Positions 53,900 to 63,370 of a stretch of 64,000 bases of DNA are shown here, one piece after another; the stretch's first letter is position 1; every line of letters begins with the position of its first letter. A program made the position numbers and the translations under genes. The stretch is from Microcoleus sp. Its GTDB lineage: Bacteria > Cyanobacteriota > Cyanobacteriia > Cyanobacteriales > Microcoleaceae. The stretch covers positions 649,039 to 713,038 of the forward strand of contig JAYFMW010000020.1 in assembly GCA_042408215.1 (NCBI GenBank), in the 5' to 3' direction. Under the pieces are notes generated by a model. The model was not told the DNA's origin. It saw nothing but the letters and a program-made list of their open reading frames with translations, and did no database searches.

Positions 53900-54067
53900 C
53901 CGGGGGTTTTGTAGCGGATACAGCGGCGAACAATCGGTTTTTCTCTAGTCCGCCGCGCGATCGCCCTTTCCCTTTCATCCTAACTTTACAAATATCTAGA
54001 CAGATCTTTACACAATCTTCACAAAAAGGGGTGACACCCCTCATCCCGATAGTGTTATATTATGTTA

Positions 54068-54122
54068 TGTAGATGCACCCTGATGGTAGGGAGAGTTACT
54101 TAGGTGGCTCTCCTTTTTTTTT
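54068..54122 (+). ncRNA. Candidate ~55-nt small RNA (NsiR1-like 5' motif, from recall)
   Basis: Extended -10 TGtTATATT at 54053-54061; GTAGATGCACCCTGAT; intrinsic terminator immediately after; no ORF. Confidence 0.5.
54090..54122 (+). terminator. Rho-independent terminator
   Basis: Stem GGAGAGTTAC/GTGGCTCTCC, loop TTAG, followed by 9 T. Confidence 0.8.
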
Positions 54123-54137
54123 GGCTTTTTTTAGAGC

Positions 54138-54290
54138 CGAAGGAAGAAGGAGGAAGGAGGAAGGAGGAAGGAGGAAGGAGGAAGGAGGAAGGAGGAAGTG
54201 AAAATGCAATAAAATCAATGGTTTCAGCTAACCAATTACCAATTACCAATTCCCAATTCCCAATTCCCAATTCCCGATGCCCGATGCCCA
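54138..54290. repeat. Heptamer tandem repeats (GAAGGAG; CCAATT(A/C))
   Basis: Visible 7-bp periodicity. Confidence 0.85.
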
Positions 54291-54321
54291 ACTTAAGTTA
54301 TATTTAAGTAATTTTCAGAAT

Positions 54322-55488
54322 ATGACCGAACAAGCTAACGGGTTACTCAAACAGGGCATTTCACAATATCAGGCTCACCAATTTGAGGCGGCGCTGGATT
54401 CTTGGCGCTCAGCGCTGATTCTATATCAGGAAGTGAATGACAAGCGGCGATCGGGTGCGGCGCTGGGGAATATGGGGGTAGCCTATGAGGCGCTGGGAGA
54501 TTATGCTCAGGCGATCGAGTGTTATCAGCAACATTTGGATCTGGCGATCGAAATTGGCGATCGCCGGGGTGAGGCTAATGCTTTGGGCAATTTGGGCAAT
54601 GCTTGCTGTGCTCGGTCGGATTTTGAGGGTGCGATTAGTTACCAGCAGCAGCGTTTGGCGATCGCGCGGGAGACGGGCGACAGTCGCGGGGAAGAGGAAG
54701 CTTTGGGCAATTTGGCCTCTTGTTGCGATGCGAAAGGAGATTTCCCGGCTGCGATCGAATGTTATCAGCAGCAATTGGCGATCGCACGGGAAAGCAAGGA
54801 CGATCGCGTTGAGCGCAAGGCCCTGAAAAGCTTGAAGCTAGCTTACAAGTATTTAGCAGATTACGAGAAAGCTAACGAGTACCGCCAGTTGCAATTGGCG
54901 ATCGTGCGGCAACTGTTTTTAACTAAGAAAAATGGCGATTTTGTACAACTTGCAGAAATAGTTGGTTTGAATCCTGTCGAAGATTTTGCAGGAGCAGATT
55001 TAAGCGGTTTTGACTTACACTACGCTGATTTAGTCGGTGCGGATTTGCGGGAGACAAACCTCAGTCGCGTTGATTTGACCCTAGCGGATCTCAGCGGTGC
55101 TTTGCTAAGTGGTGCTAATTTAGTTGACGCTACTTTGTGTAATGCTAATTTGCGGGATGCTGAGCTTAGCGGTACGAATTTGAGCGGCGCTGATTTGCGG
55201 ACAAAGTTGCCGCGGGCAAATTTGACCCGTGCGAATTTGAGCAATGCAAATTTGAGCAGTGCTTATTTGCCGAATGCGATTTTGGTAGAAGCAAATTTGC
55301 ATGGTGCTGATTTAAAAAATGCTGATTTGAGCGGTGTTAATTTGAGTGGCGCGAATTTGAATGGTGCTGATTTGAGTCGCGCTGATTTGAAAAATGTGGT
55401 GGTTGAGAATACGAGGTTTGCTGGATGTTTGGGTATTTCTCAAGGAATGAAGATTGAGTTGATGCAGCGGGGTGGGATTTTCGAGTAA
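54322..55488 (+). CDS. TPR + pentapeptide repeat protein
   Basis: ALGNLG TPR motifs followed by A(D/N)Lxx repeats. Confidence 0.88.
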   Translation: MTEQANGLLKQGISQYQAHQFEAALDSWRSALILYQEVNDKRRSGAALGNMGVAYEALGDYAQAIECYQQHLDLAIEIGDRRGEANALGNLGNACCARSDFEGAISYQQQRLAIARETGDSRGEEEALGNLASCCDAKGDFPAAIECYQQQLAIARESKDDRVERKALKSLKLAYKYLADYEKANEYRQLQLAIVRQLFLTKKNGDFVQLAEIVGLNPVEDFAGADLSGFDLHYADLVGADLRETNLSRVDLTLADLSGALLSGANLVDATLCNANLRDAELSGTNLSGADLRTKLPRANLTRANLSNANLSSAYLPNAILVEANLHGADLKNADLSGVNLSGANLNGADLSRADLKNVVVENTRFAGCLGISQGMKIELMQRGGIFE

Positions 55489-55496
55489 AATGGGTA

Positions 55497-56114
55497 ATGT
55501 TGGTAATTGTAGAGGGTCAGAAGAGCTATGACTGCGTAACTGCAAAACGATTCTCGATCGCCGAATATCACCGTTTGGGAGAACTGGGATTTTTCGCCCC
55601 TGATGAGCGAGTTGAATTGATTCGTGGAGAAATTATCATCAAGGCTGCTAAAAGTACGCTGCACTCTGTTTGTAATTCGCTGCTGTTAGGAGAGTTGTAC
55701 ACCCTGCTGGGAAAAAGAGCGATCGTGCGCGGTCAAGAGCCGATTATTTTGTCTGCTGATAGCGAACCAGAGCCTGATGTTGCGATCGCTCGCAATCGTG
55801 ATGACAATTATTTATCTTCTCACCCGGAGCCGGCGGATATCTTGTTGGTAATTGAGGTTTCCGATTCTACTTTGAAGTACGATCGCAGAACTAAGTTGTC
55901 TCTCTATGCTGAAGCTGGGATTTCTAATTATTGGATATTTAATTTAGTAGATATTCAACTGGAGATGCACAGCGAACCTTATCAAAAAAGACAAGGTGAT
56001 TTTAGTTATCAATTGCAACGAGTAGTTTTGCCAAATCAGGCTGTGGTAATTCCGGGTTTTCCAGATTTGTCTCTGGATTTATCTGCGATATTTCCAGTGC
56101 AGATTGGTGAGTGA
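55497..56114 (+). CDS. Uma2-family (DUF820) endonuclease, possibly frameshifted at start
   Basis: RVELIRGEI, PEPDVAI, VIEVSDST, KLSLYAEAGI..YW. Confidence 0.82.
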   Translation: MLVIVEGQKSYDCVTAKRFSIAEYHRLGELGFFAPDERVELIRGEIIIKAAKSTLHSVCNSLLLGELYTLLGKRAIVRGQEPIILSADSEPEPDVAIARNRDDNYLSSHPEPADILLVIEVSDSTLKYDRRTKLSLYAEAGISNYWIFNLVDIQLEMHSEPYQKRQGDFSYQLQRVVLPNQAVVIPGFPDLSLDLSAIFPVQIGE

Positions 56115-56242
56115 AGATGCTGGATCGTAGGCGCAAGCCGGGGCGTAGCCATCGCACATTGTTGAACTCAGTAATTAAAGTGCGATCGAGCTTCCTTCGA
56201 TGATATAATCTAAAAGTGCGAACTCTTCACCAAAGTAGCCCT

Positions 56243-56881
56243 ATGACCGCTCAAACTCTCGCTCGGCCTGAACAAATCGTCCAGCTATCAGGTATCAGTT
56301 GGCAAACTTACGAAACTTTGCTGGCTGAGCTCGGCGATCGGCAAATTAGACTGACATACAATCGCGGTCATTTAAAAATTATGGTACCTTCTCCAGAACA
56401 CGAAGTTTACAAAAAAGTAATGGGTCGATTTGTCGAAACCTTAGCTGAAGAATTAGAGGTGAGAATTGAACCCCTCGGTTCGACTACTTTCAAACGTCCT
56501 GAACTTATTGGTGCAGAACCTGATGAATGTTTTTACATCCAGAACATTAGTGCAATTAAAGGCAAAAAAAGACTCGACATGGATCGAGATCCGCCACCGG
56601 ATTTAGTGGTGGAAATTGATCTTACGAGTAGTTCGGAAAATAGCTTGCAGGTTTATGCCGATCTGGGAGTGCCGGAAGTTTGGATATATAATGGATCGCA
56701 GCTCAGAATTAAGAGATTGGAAAATCAAAGGTATGTTGATTGCGATCGCAGTTTAGCATTTCCCAGTGTGGCTGTTTTAGAGATTGTCAGATTTCTGGAG
56801 CAAGCAGAAACAATGGATTATTTGGAATTAGTTAAATCCTTTCGGGGTTGGGTAAAAAGCCAAATTCAGCAAAACCAATGA
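56243..56881 (+). CDS. Uma2-family (DUF820) endonuclease
   Basis: ISWQTYE, EPDECFYI, PPDLVVEID, GVPEVW. Confidence 0.9.
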   Translation: MTAQTLARPEQIVQLSGISWQTYETLLAELGDRQIRLTYNRGHLKIMVPSPEHEVYKKVMGRFVETLAEELEVRIEPLGSTTFKRPELIGAEPDECFYIQNISAIKGKKRLDMDRDPPPDLVVEIDLTSSSENSLQVYADLGVPEVWIYNGSQLRIKRLENQRYVDCDRSLAFPSVAVLEIVRFLEQAETMDYLELVKSFRGWVKSQIQQNQ

Positions 56882-57009
56882 ATTCAACTAAAATTAAACA
56901 AAATTTACAATTAAAACGGATAAAAAGATGCTGTATTGTGATATATTAGAGATTGGACAGTAATCGAAATCTCAATTACAGGCTGGTAGTGCCAGCAATT
57001 CTACCCGAT

Positions 57010-58233
57010 ATGCGATCGCTAGAGTCTCACAACAAATATCCAGATTGCTTGTGGATGCAATTAGAAGCAATTCCAGTTTCGTCAGGTGCAACTGAAACCC
57101 AGCACCTCGACCTTTACTTGAGCCTCAATTTTAACGAGCATTGGGAACCACTGCTCGGTGGCCGCGTCAAATTTGGACTGCAAGGCGGTACGCTCAAGCT
57201 AAATCTGGAAAACAGCGAAATGCCCCTAGCAGCGCGTCAATTAGTCGGTGATGTCCAACTGTCGCCCACCGAAACAACCCAGGAAATTCAAAGCAGTGCA
57301 AAAGCCAGCAGTGCAGAAGTTTTATTGACTGAAAATCAGCGTGGCGTGAGAGAAAGCGATCGGGAAAAAATCGCTAAAAATGACAGCACATTTTGTCACG
57401 TTTCAACAATTGGCGACGCTACAAAACCAGCTTGGATTTTTGCAATAGAAGGGGGTAAACCAGTATTAAAAGGTTTGCTAAAAAGTGCTAAAATGGGAGA
57501 GTTGGCAGCAAAACCATTGCGGCTTGAAGCGGTTTTTGAAGTAGCGAAAGAAGATATTTATCTAACAGATGCCGAAGGTTTGTGGCCGCACGAAATCACC
57601 CCAAATCAACATTCTATTTTAGGAAGAATACTGACAGTATATCTGCAAAAAAACAAACTCCAACCAGCTCTGAGTTGGGCGATATTGTGCTACGACTCGC
57701 CGACGGTTGAAAGGCGCGAGGTGGAAATTGTCCCTCAACCAGAAGCGGAATTGCAGGAAATGGTCGATCGAATTATTGGAGCCAAAACCGACAACTTTGC
57801 AGAGTTGGCAAAAATCGCCAATCTCAATCTAGCAGAGGATTTCGGGGGCGCAAACCTGCGGGGAACTACTTTGAGTTCAGTGGATTTTAGCGATGCAAAT
57901 CTCCAGGGGGCCAATTTCCGGGGTGCAGACTTAAGCGACGCCGATTTCAGCGAAGCCAACCTGCAAAATGCCAAATTCGGCGGTGCAGATTTGAGCGGCG
58001 CTTTCTTAGGAAATGCAGATTTGAAAGGTGCAGATTTGCACCGAGCAAGTCTAGCTTTAGCTAACCTCAGCGGTGCGAATTTGTGCGGTGCAAATCTGGT
58101 GGAAGTGAACTTAACAAATGCGAATCTCAGCGGTGCGAATGTCGAGTCAGCGCAATTCGGGAATAATTCAGGACTTTCGGAGGAGATGCAGGTAAGTCTA
58201 CAGCAGCGGGGAGCAATTTTTGAGGAGGTTTAG
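57010..58233 (+). CDS. Pentapeptide repeat-containing protein
   Basis: C-terminal A(N/D)(L/F)xx repeats; tail similar to that of the 54322 protein. Confidence 0.85.
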   Translation: MRSLESHNKYPDCLWMQLEAIPVSSGATETQHLDLYLSLNFNEHWEPLLGGRVKFGLQGGTLKLNLENSEMPLAARQLVGDVQLSPTETTQEIQSSAKASSAEVLLTENQRGVRESDREKIAKNDSTFCHVSTIGDATKPAWIFAIEGGKPVLKGLLKSAKMGELAAKPLRLEAVFEVAKEDIYLTDAEGLWPHEITPNQHSILGRILTVYLQKNKLQPALSWAILCYDSPTVERREVEIVPQPEAELQEMVDRIIGAKTDNFAELAKIANLNLAEDFGGANLRGTTLSSVDFSDANLQGANFRGADLSDADFSEANLQNAKFGGADLSGAFLGNADLKGADLHRASLALANLSGANLCGANLVEVNLTNANLSGANVESAQFGNNSGLSEEMQVSLQQRGAIFEEV

Positions 58234-58278
58234 TCGATACAGCTAATTAACCGGACTTGATATAAAAAGGTTTTTGGC

Positions 58279-58552
58279 TGTTGGGTTTCCTTCCTCAACC
58301 CAACCTACGGCTTGTAGGGACACTCCAAGAGCTCATAGGTGTCAACTTAAGCCTGAAAGCCATGAGAAATCTCGTTTTTACGCCAAGTCTAGATCCCCCT
58401 AAATCCCCCTTAAGAAGGGGGACTTTGAGAAGACTCCTGTCCCCCCCTTCTTAAGGGGGGCTAGGGGGGATCTAGACTTGGCTAGTCGAACGAGCAGATA
58501 CCACAGGCTTTCAGGCTTAAGTTGACACCTATGGGCACCCGAAAAGTGTCCT
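58279..58552. repeat. REP hairpin plus best-preserved three-level nested REP/MITE/core element
   Basis: Perfect 28-bp TIR CATAGGTGTCAACTTAAGCCTGAAAGCC (58334-58361 / 58506-58533); inner IR GCCAAGTCTAGATCCCC; outer GTAGGGACAC..GTGTCC. Confidence 0.88.
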
Positions 58553-58593
58553 GATTTCGGGTAATATTAATTCCGGTGCAACCGGATTTGATA

Positions 58594-61500
58594 TTACCCC
58601 TCATCCTCCGACTTCACAGGAGCACGCCCAGAAATCACAATAAACCCAACCGATTCCAGAGTCAGACGCGGCTGACGAATTCCCGCTAAAACAGCTTGAC
58701 TTAACACAGTTTCGGTGCTAATTTCATCAGCCAAAACCGACTCTAAAAGTTGTTCCGATTGAGACAGCCGATTCAAGCGCAATTGCAATTGATTCACCCG
58801 GTTTTCCAGTTGAATAGCAGCACTCACAGCCGATCGATCGCACATTTCGACAAAATCCCCTCGCCCGCGCAGCAACTCCTCCGAAACCACCCGCCCCCGT
58901 TGGCAAAAATCATCCCATTCCAACGGATCCACAAAATTGTCAAGAATCACAGTGCGATTTTTCGACAAATTGTAATCCCGATTCGGCCCGCCCTTCCCCT
59001 TATAAGCACGCTGCAAAATCTTCAGAAGTTCCCCATCTTCCACCAACAACATCGACTCATTACGAGCATCAACAAACACCGTTTCAAAAACCGGAATAAA
59101 CAGAGCATCCGCGCGTCTCTGCAAAGCTTTCAAGTTGTAATTCTCGATATTTTGGGCCTGCAAAACTTGCTCAGCCGGCTGCAAATCAGTCTGGATAGAA
59201 TAGTTAAATTGCAATCCAAACCACTCCTTACCTTCCTCAGCATCCCAACTTTCATCATGTCGCCACAATGCAAAAGCTTGACCCCGATCGTCCCAGCGAA
59301 TATAAGAGCCAAGAGCATCGATCAATCCCTCACCAATGCGGTAAAGAGCCACATCAGAATTCTGATGAGCAACCCGGCGATTGTAACTACCATACTGCTG
59401 ACAATAGGGAATCAATCTGGTTCTCAAATCATTCGATGGAATCAACGTTTTTTGACTTGGTTGATAGCGCATCAACCCGGATATTGTCGGATGTTCAACC
59501 TGTTTGAAATTAAGAGCTTGACAAATCCAACCTTCCGTAGCCCGCTGCATTTCTTTATGTTTCGCGTCGCAGTCATCGAGAGATTCAAAATACTGAGATG
59601 CGGTTTCATCCAGCAAGTCAATTTCATCAAGAACCTGTTGTTCGCTAATTTTGATTTTCTCTTGTTCGATTTCAGCTTTGATTGATTGAATTTCGCTTGC
59701 TAGCCCCTTAGCTCCTTCAGTAAACAACTTTTCTTCAAGTTTAGGAAGTTTTTCTTCAACATAAGATTGAAGGCTAGCAATAGACTTGTTGAAGATGCCA
59801 AATCCATCTTTCAAAACTTGATACCAAGCTTCATGGGGACTTTCTGGTAAATCCGGGCCCGCAAACAAACAAAATTGTAATCCCATTTTGCTACCAATGC
59901 GATCGACTCGGCCCAATCTTTGTTCTAACTGATTGGGAAACCAGGGTAAATCGAAGTGAATGAACCAATCGGCAAATTGCAGATTCAGCCCTTCTTCCGC
60001 AGAGCGATCGCAAACTAAGACAAAGCAATTCTGTTCATTTTTAAAGCGCTTCAGATTCGCCTCTGCATCAGCGGCGGATTTGCTGGTTTCATGGCTGGCG
60101 ATCGCATTTTTACCCAAAATCTTCCCTAAGTTTTCCGCAATGGCTTTACAAGTTTCCGTAAAACTGGTAAAAATCACAATTTTGGGGAATTTATCACCCG
60201 GAAGCGGTCTTTTAATTTGCTGTTGAATTCTGGACAACAAATCGCGAGTTTTGTTGTGATACTCCGGCGGAATCTTCAAAGCAACTCCGATGAATCGGAT
60301 AATGGCGATTCGCAACAAACTCAGTCTGTCGGCTCCTTCCTGGGGCTTCTCAAGGGTTTTGAGCAAAGATTCTAAGATGACGCTTTCTCCTGAAAACAGC
60401 GCAGTTTGAGTCACAATCCCCATATACTTTGACCCAAATTCGCGATCGAGTTCCGCAGTCGATTTCTTCTGTAAACGAGCTTTGACAATTCGTTCCAAAA
60501 GATTCAGCCAAGTACCAGAAGTGCGGAAAAACAGCAGAAAAATTCTCTGATAGGCGCTCTTTTGCGGAGCGAGAGTGCGCCAATTTTCGAGGATTGTGTG
60601 AATTTCCGACCACTGTTCGTCATTCAAATCGTACTCGGTTTTGGGCACCGCATCGCGATCGAAAATCACATCTTCCACTGCATCCCGGCGGTTGCGGAGC
60701 ATTCGGCGGTACAAGCGGTAGGTATCACTAACGTGAGTGCGAATAGTTCTGACAAGGCGATCGCGCTCTGTTGCTTCTTCAGTTTCCAAACAACTTTCCA
60801 ACTCATCTGCTAATCCGATCAAATAATCGTCTGTTGCAAAAAGAGTGCGGATTTGAGCAAGTTTTGGTTTCCAAACAACAGGCTTTGCTCCTTCTCGGAA
60901 ATCGAGCAAAGTGCGGCCGATTTCCTGACGGTTTTGCACCTGTTCTTTGAAATTCACCAAATCATCAAGACGATAAGTTGTGGGGTCTAGCAAGTGCAGC
61001 ATTGTCAGAAAATCCTGCTCGTGACCGATCGCAGACATCCCCGATAATAGCAATAAATTCTTGCTTTTGTGAGCGAGAGTTTGGCAGATTTCAAAGCATT
61101 GTTTCTGACCGCGATCGCCCGAATTAGCCATTGCAGCGACATGATGGGCTTCATCCACAATCAGAAAATCTAGATTAGCATTGCGACTAACTTGATTGAT
61201 TTCACTCAGAGAAACAAGTTGCACTCTGTCAGCAAAATGAGACAAATAGAATTTATTTTCCAACTCATCGCGCCACTGTTCGAGCAGGTATTTCGGAACC
61301 AGTACGACAGCGCGGCCGCTTGGTTCATCTAAGAGGTATTGGCGGAGAATTGTCCCAGCTTCTACGGTTTTCCCCAATCCTACTTCGTCTGCTAATAAAT
61401 AGCGTCCAATTGGGTCTTCTAGAACGCGCCGCACGACTTCAACTTGGTGCGGATAGAGGTCTATGTTGGCAGAAATTAAACCTGTCATACCGCGACTGAC

Positions 61501-61929
61501 GGCTCGTTGGGCGATCGCAGATTGAACGAATGCGAGTCGGCGATCGTGAAAATAGGGTGTTTCTTGACCTTTGACTGCTAAGATGTCGATCGGATCGGCG
61601 ATCGGGATATTGCAGCGCACATAAATTTCCGTTTCATCAGCTTGTATACTTTGACTATCGGGCAAGTCAATGTCGTACAGCATTTTATCTTCATCCCAGT
61701 CATAAATCCGACCAATGATCCAGCGCTCTTGGGTTGTGCTCCAGAGGTAGCATCGAGTTTGGCGCTGAAGTCTGGCTTCTTGGAGTAAAGCTAGGGGTAC
61801 TGTTTTGTGAAGGCGGTTTTTAACTGAGCAAAAATATTCAATTAGGGCTTCGGTGCGGGAGAATTCGACCACTTTTCCGACTCCCAAATCGTTTTTGGGC
61901 GATCGGACTAAAGAACCAACATCAATCAT
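58594..61929 (-). CDS. dpdE: SNF2/RapA-like helicase, DpdE-like
   Basis: LADEVGLGKT, VDEAHH, EGLNLQ, QRLGRVDRIG. The N-terminal LGVGKVV..IEYF..QTRCY and overall length resemble cyanobacterial DpdE (from recall). Confidence 0.65.
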   Translation of the reverse strand: MIDVGSLVRSPKNDLGVGKVVEFSRTEALIEYFCSVKNRLHKTVPLALLQEARLQRQTRCYLWSTTQERWIIGRIYDWDEDKMLYDIDLPDSQSIQADETEIYVRCNIPIADPIDILAVKGQETPYFHDRRLAFVQSAIAQRAVSRGMTGLISANIDLYPHQVEVVRRVLEDPIGRYLLADEVGLGKTVEAGTILRQYLLDEPSGRAVVLVPKYLLEQWRDELENKFYLSHFADRVQLVSLSEINQVSRNANLDFLIVDEAHHVAAMANSGDRGQKQCFEICQTLAHKSKNLLLLSGMSAIGHEQDFLTMLHLLDPTTYRLDDLVNFKEQVQNRQEIGRTLLDFREGAKPVVWKPKLAQIRTLFATDDYLIGLADELESCLETEEATERDRLVRTIRTHVSDTYRLYRRMLRNRRDAVEDVIFDRDAVPKTEYDLNDEQWSEIHTILENWRTLAPQKSAYQRIFLLFFRTSGTWLNLLERIVKARLQKKSTAELDREFGSKYMGIVTQTALFSGESVILESLLKTLEKPQEGADRLSLLRIAIIRFIGVALKIPPEYHNKTRDLLSRIQQQIKRPLPGDKFPKIVIFTSFTETCKAIAENLGKILGKNAIASHETSKSAADAEANLKRFKNEQNCFVLVCDRSAEEGLNLQFADWFIHFDLPWFPNQLEQRLGRVDRIGSKMGLQFCLFAGPDLPESPHEAWYQVLKDGFGIFNKSIASLQSYVEEKLPKLEEKLFTEGAKGLASEIQSIKAEIEQEKIKISEQQVLDEIDLLDETASQYFESLDDCDAKHKEMQRATEGWICQALNFKQVEHPTISGLMRYQPSQKTLIPSNDLRTRLIPYCQQYGSYNRRVAHQNSDVALYRIGEGLIDALGSYIRWDDRGQAFALWRHDESWDAEEGKEWFGLQFNYSIQTDLQPAEQVLQAQNIENYNLKALQRRADALFIPVFETVFVDARNESMLLVEDGELLKILQRAYKGKGGPNRDYNLSKNRTVILDNFVDPLEWDDFCQRGRVVSEELLRGRGDFVEMCDRSAVSAAIQLENRVNQLQLRLNRLSQSEQLLESVLADEISTETVLSQAVLAGIRQPRLTLESVGFIVISGRAPVKSEDEG

Positions 61930-61959
61930 AGTTGAAAACCTTTAAACTTCGGCAATTGA

Positions 61960-62170
61960 GTCTAGATCCCCCTCGCATCCCCCTTAAGAAGGGGGTAGGG
62001 TGTGACTTTGAGAAGAGTCCTGTCCCCCTTATTAAGCGAGACTTTGAGAACAATCTTGTCCCCCCAAATGTAGGGGCGGTGCCCCCGTGCCCGCCCTCTT
62101 GGCTAGGGGGGATCTAGACTTCGATACAACAAGAGAGACGGTGAATTTGACGTTAAATTGTCACCAATCG
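61960..62170. repeat. Core palindrome with nested GTAG-REP and MITE half-end
   Basis: GTCTAGATCCCCC..GTAGGGGCGGTGCCCCCGTGCCCGCCCT..GGGGGATCTAGAC..TTAAATTGTCACCAAT. Confidence 0.7.
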
Positions 62171-62244
62171 GTAACGAGCAGAAACTCACAACTTAAAAAA
62201 ACCCTAAACCAATAAAATCTTGGCTTTGGTACACTAACAGTCAA

Positions 62245-62316
62245 AGCGGACGGTGGGGCTCGAACCCACGACGTCCAGCATGGGAAGCTGGCATTCTACC
62301 GCTGAATTACGTCCGC
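62245..62316 (-). tRNA. tRNA-Gly (anticodon CCC)
   Basis: GCGGACG acceptor stem, D-loop TTCAGCGGTAGAA, anticodon arm CCAGC-TTCCCAT-GCTGG, T-loop GTTCGAG; CCA not encoded. Confidence 0.93.
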
Positions 62317-62442
62317 GCTTAGTCTTTTTTACCTTTTAGGAATTGGGGCAAAAATAACTATAACAGCATTATACACCTATTTTCTGATTTTGATCGTGGG
62401 ATTTTGAGTCATATCAATTCCGGTAACACCGGAATGATCTAG

Positions 62443-63340
62443 AGGACACGGCAGTGCCGTTTCCCTACAATATTCGGGGTAGGGACACGGCAATGCCGTG
62501 TCCTCTATGACTTTATTACCCCACAGTCAGGATACGGCATTGCCGTTTCCCTACAATATTATTTCGGGGTAGGGAAACGGCATTGCCGTCTCCTCTGATG
62601 ACCCCAGAGTCAGGACACGGCATTGCCGTTTCCCTACAATATTATTTCGGGGTAGGGACACGGCATTGCCGTCTCCTCTGATGACCCCAGAGTCAGGACA
62701 CGGCAGTGCCGTTTCCCTACAATATTATTTCGGGGTAGGGACACGGCATTGCCGTCTCCTCTTATTACCCCAGAGTCAGGACACGGCAGTGCCGTTTCCC
62801 TACAATATTATTTCGGGGTAGGGACACGGCATTGCCGTGTCCTCTTATTACCCCACAGTCAGGACACGGCAGTGCCGTTTCCCTACAATATTATTTCGGG
62901 GTAGGGACACGGCATTGCCGTCTCCTCTGATGACCCCACAGTCAGGACACGGCAGTGCCGTTTCCCTACAATATTATTTCGGGGTAGGGACACGGCATTG
63001 CCGTCTCCTCTTATTACCCCACAGTCAGGACACGGCAGTGCCGTTTCCCTACAATATTCGGGGTAGGGACACGGCAATGCCGTGTCCTCTATGACTTTAT
63101 TACCCCACAGTCAGGATACGGCATTGCCGTTTCCCTACAATATTATTTCGGGGTAGGGACACGGCATTGCCGTCTCCTCTTATTACCCCACAGTCAGGAC
63201 ACGGCATTGCCGTTTCCCTACAATATTATTTCGGGGTAGGGAAACGGCATTGCCGTCTCCTCTGATGACCCCACAGTCAGGACACGGCATTGCCGTTTCC
63301 CTACAATATTCGGGGTAGGGACACGGCATTGCCGTGTCCT
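62443..63340. repeat. BIME-like tandem array: 11 x ~83-bp units, each with two inverted GTAG-REPs
   Basis: Unit CAGGACACGGCA(G/T)TGCCGTTTCCCTAC-AATATT(ATTT)CGGG-GTAGGGACACGGCATTGCCGT(C/G)TCCTCT-(GATGA/TATTA)CCCCA(C/G)AGT. Confidence 0.92.
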
Positions 63341-63370
63341 CCGTGACATTACCGTGTCCTCCCTTTACCC

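Noticed and set aside
58750..59685. 311-aa plus-strand ORF and the many other short antisense ORFs in the track
   Set aside because: Shadow frames opposite well-supported genes, with no recognisable motifs.
62837..63094. ORFs 62837-63094 and 62883-63077 (also 54100-54307, 61932-62117, 28923-29132)
   Set aside because: They are translations of repeat DNA.
62443..63340. CRISPR array
   Set aside because: Sequences between the palindromes are repeated rather than unique spacers, repeats alternate in orientation, and there are no cas genes.
58594..63340. tRNA-integrated prophage or complete defence island
   Set aside because: No integrase, no duplicated tRNA 3' end seen, and no phage or other dpd genes.
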